Positions 31,906 through 32,000 of a DNA stretch of 32,000 nt are shown piece after piece (position 1 is the stretch's first letter; each line of letters opens with the position of its first letter). Below the pieces are notes generated by a model. That model did not search any database. It had not been told where the DNA came from and worked only from the letters and a program-made list of their open reading frames with translations. This DNA is from Mycolicibacterium smegmatis (GTDB lineage: Bacteria > Actinomycetota > Actinomycetes > Mycobacteriales > Mycobacteriaceae): assembly GCF_001457595.1 (NCBI RefSeq), contig NZ_LN831039.1:3960001-3992000 (forward strand), written 5' to 3'. A program made the translations under genes and the position numbers.

Positions 31906-32000
31906 GCGCACCCGAACCCGTCTACATCCTCGGCGCGGGTATGCACCCGTGGGGCAAGTGGGGACGTGACTTCACCGAGTACGGCGTCGTCGCCGCGCGC
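31902..32000 (+). CDS. Thiolase-like lipid-transfer protein (Ltp, SCP-x type), 5' end only; runs off the right edge
   Basis: ATGA overlap with the DUF35 gene. The N-terminus MSAPEPVYILGAGMHPWGKWGRDFTEYGVVAAR is typical of Ltp-type thiolases that pair with DUF35 proteins. Confidence 0.7.
   Translation, partial: MSAPEPVYILGAGMHPWGKWGRDFTEYGVVAAR

Noticed and set aside
1-32000. Screen for CRISPR arrays, transposases/IS ends, toxin-antitoxin pairs, restriction-modification or other defence systems, rRNA genes and riboswitch-like leaders.
   Set aside because: None was recognisable. All sizeable ORFs are accounted for by housekeeping, regulatory, transport or catabolic families. The only repeats are the short operator-like elements and the tetranucleotide tract.

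Overview
This is a high-GC actinobacterial chromosome, and the gene content and order look mycobacterial (Mycolicibacterium-like). No CRISPR array, transposase, integrase, phage gene or recognisable defence system is visible.

The conserved backbone runs on the minus strand: MFS transporter, uvrB, (DUF402 gene on the plus strand), coaE, rpsA, polA. A DUF35/Ltp thiolase pair follows on the plus strand. From memory, this matches M. tuberculosis Rv1634 to Rv1627c. Relative to that order, three blocks appear to be inserted:

- **About 14 kb (5205-19220), between the DUF402 gene and coaE.** It holds a secreted protein, glsA, an APC permease, a GntR/FCD regulator and a tightly coupled operon. The operon order is SDR, DUF1116, SDR, Cys-rich unknown, two GS-like ligases, HSL-type esterase, SDR, Baeyer-Villiger monooxygenase.
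- **About 3.7 kb (22124-25856), between rpsA and polA.** It holds TetR, a 53-aa ORF, a SnoaL-like gene, a PrsW protease and a ThrE-like exporter.
- **About 2.8 kb (28605-31397).** It holds LysR, an FAD monooxygenase and an alpha/beta hydrolase.

The left end carries tRNA-Cys(GCA) and the 5' part of a TesB-like thioesterase gene.

The most interesting item is the 14-kb island. I read it as a candidate undescribed gamma-glutamylation-type catabolic system with two unknown-function proteins at its core. It appears to be wired together by a roughly 22-bp AT-rich operator-like element present four times in its three intergenic regions.

Other sequence-level observations:

- RecA-NDp (PafBC-type) promoter motifs with identical leaderless geometry sit in front of both uvrB and polA.
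- A perfect KstR-type operator lies upstream of the DUF35/Ltp pair.
- An unannotated 53-aa ORF is translationally coupled between the SnoaL-like and TetR genes.

All functional calls come from reading the translated ORFs and motifs by eye. No database search was run.
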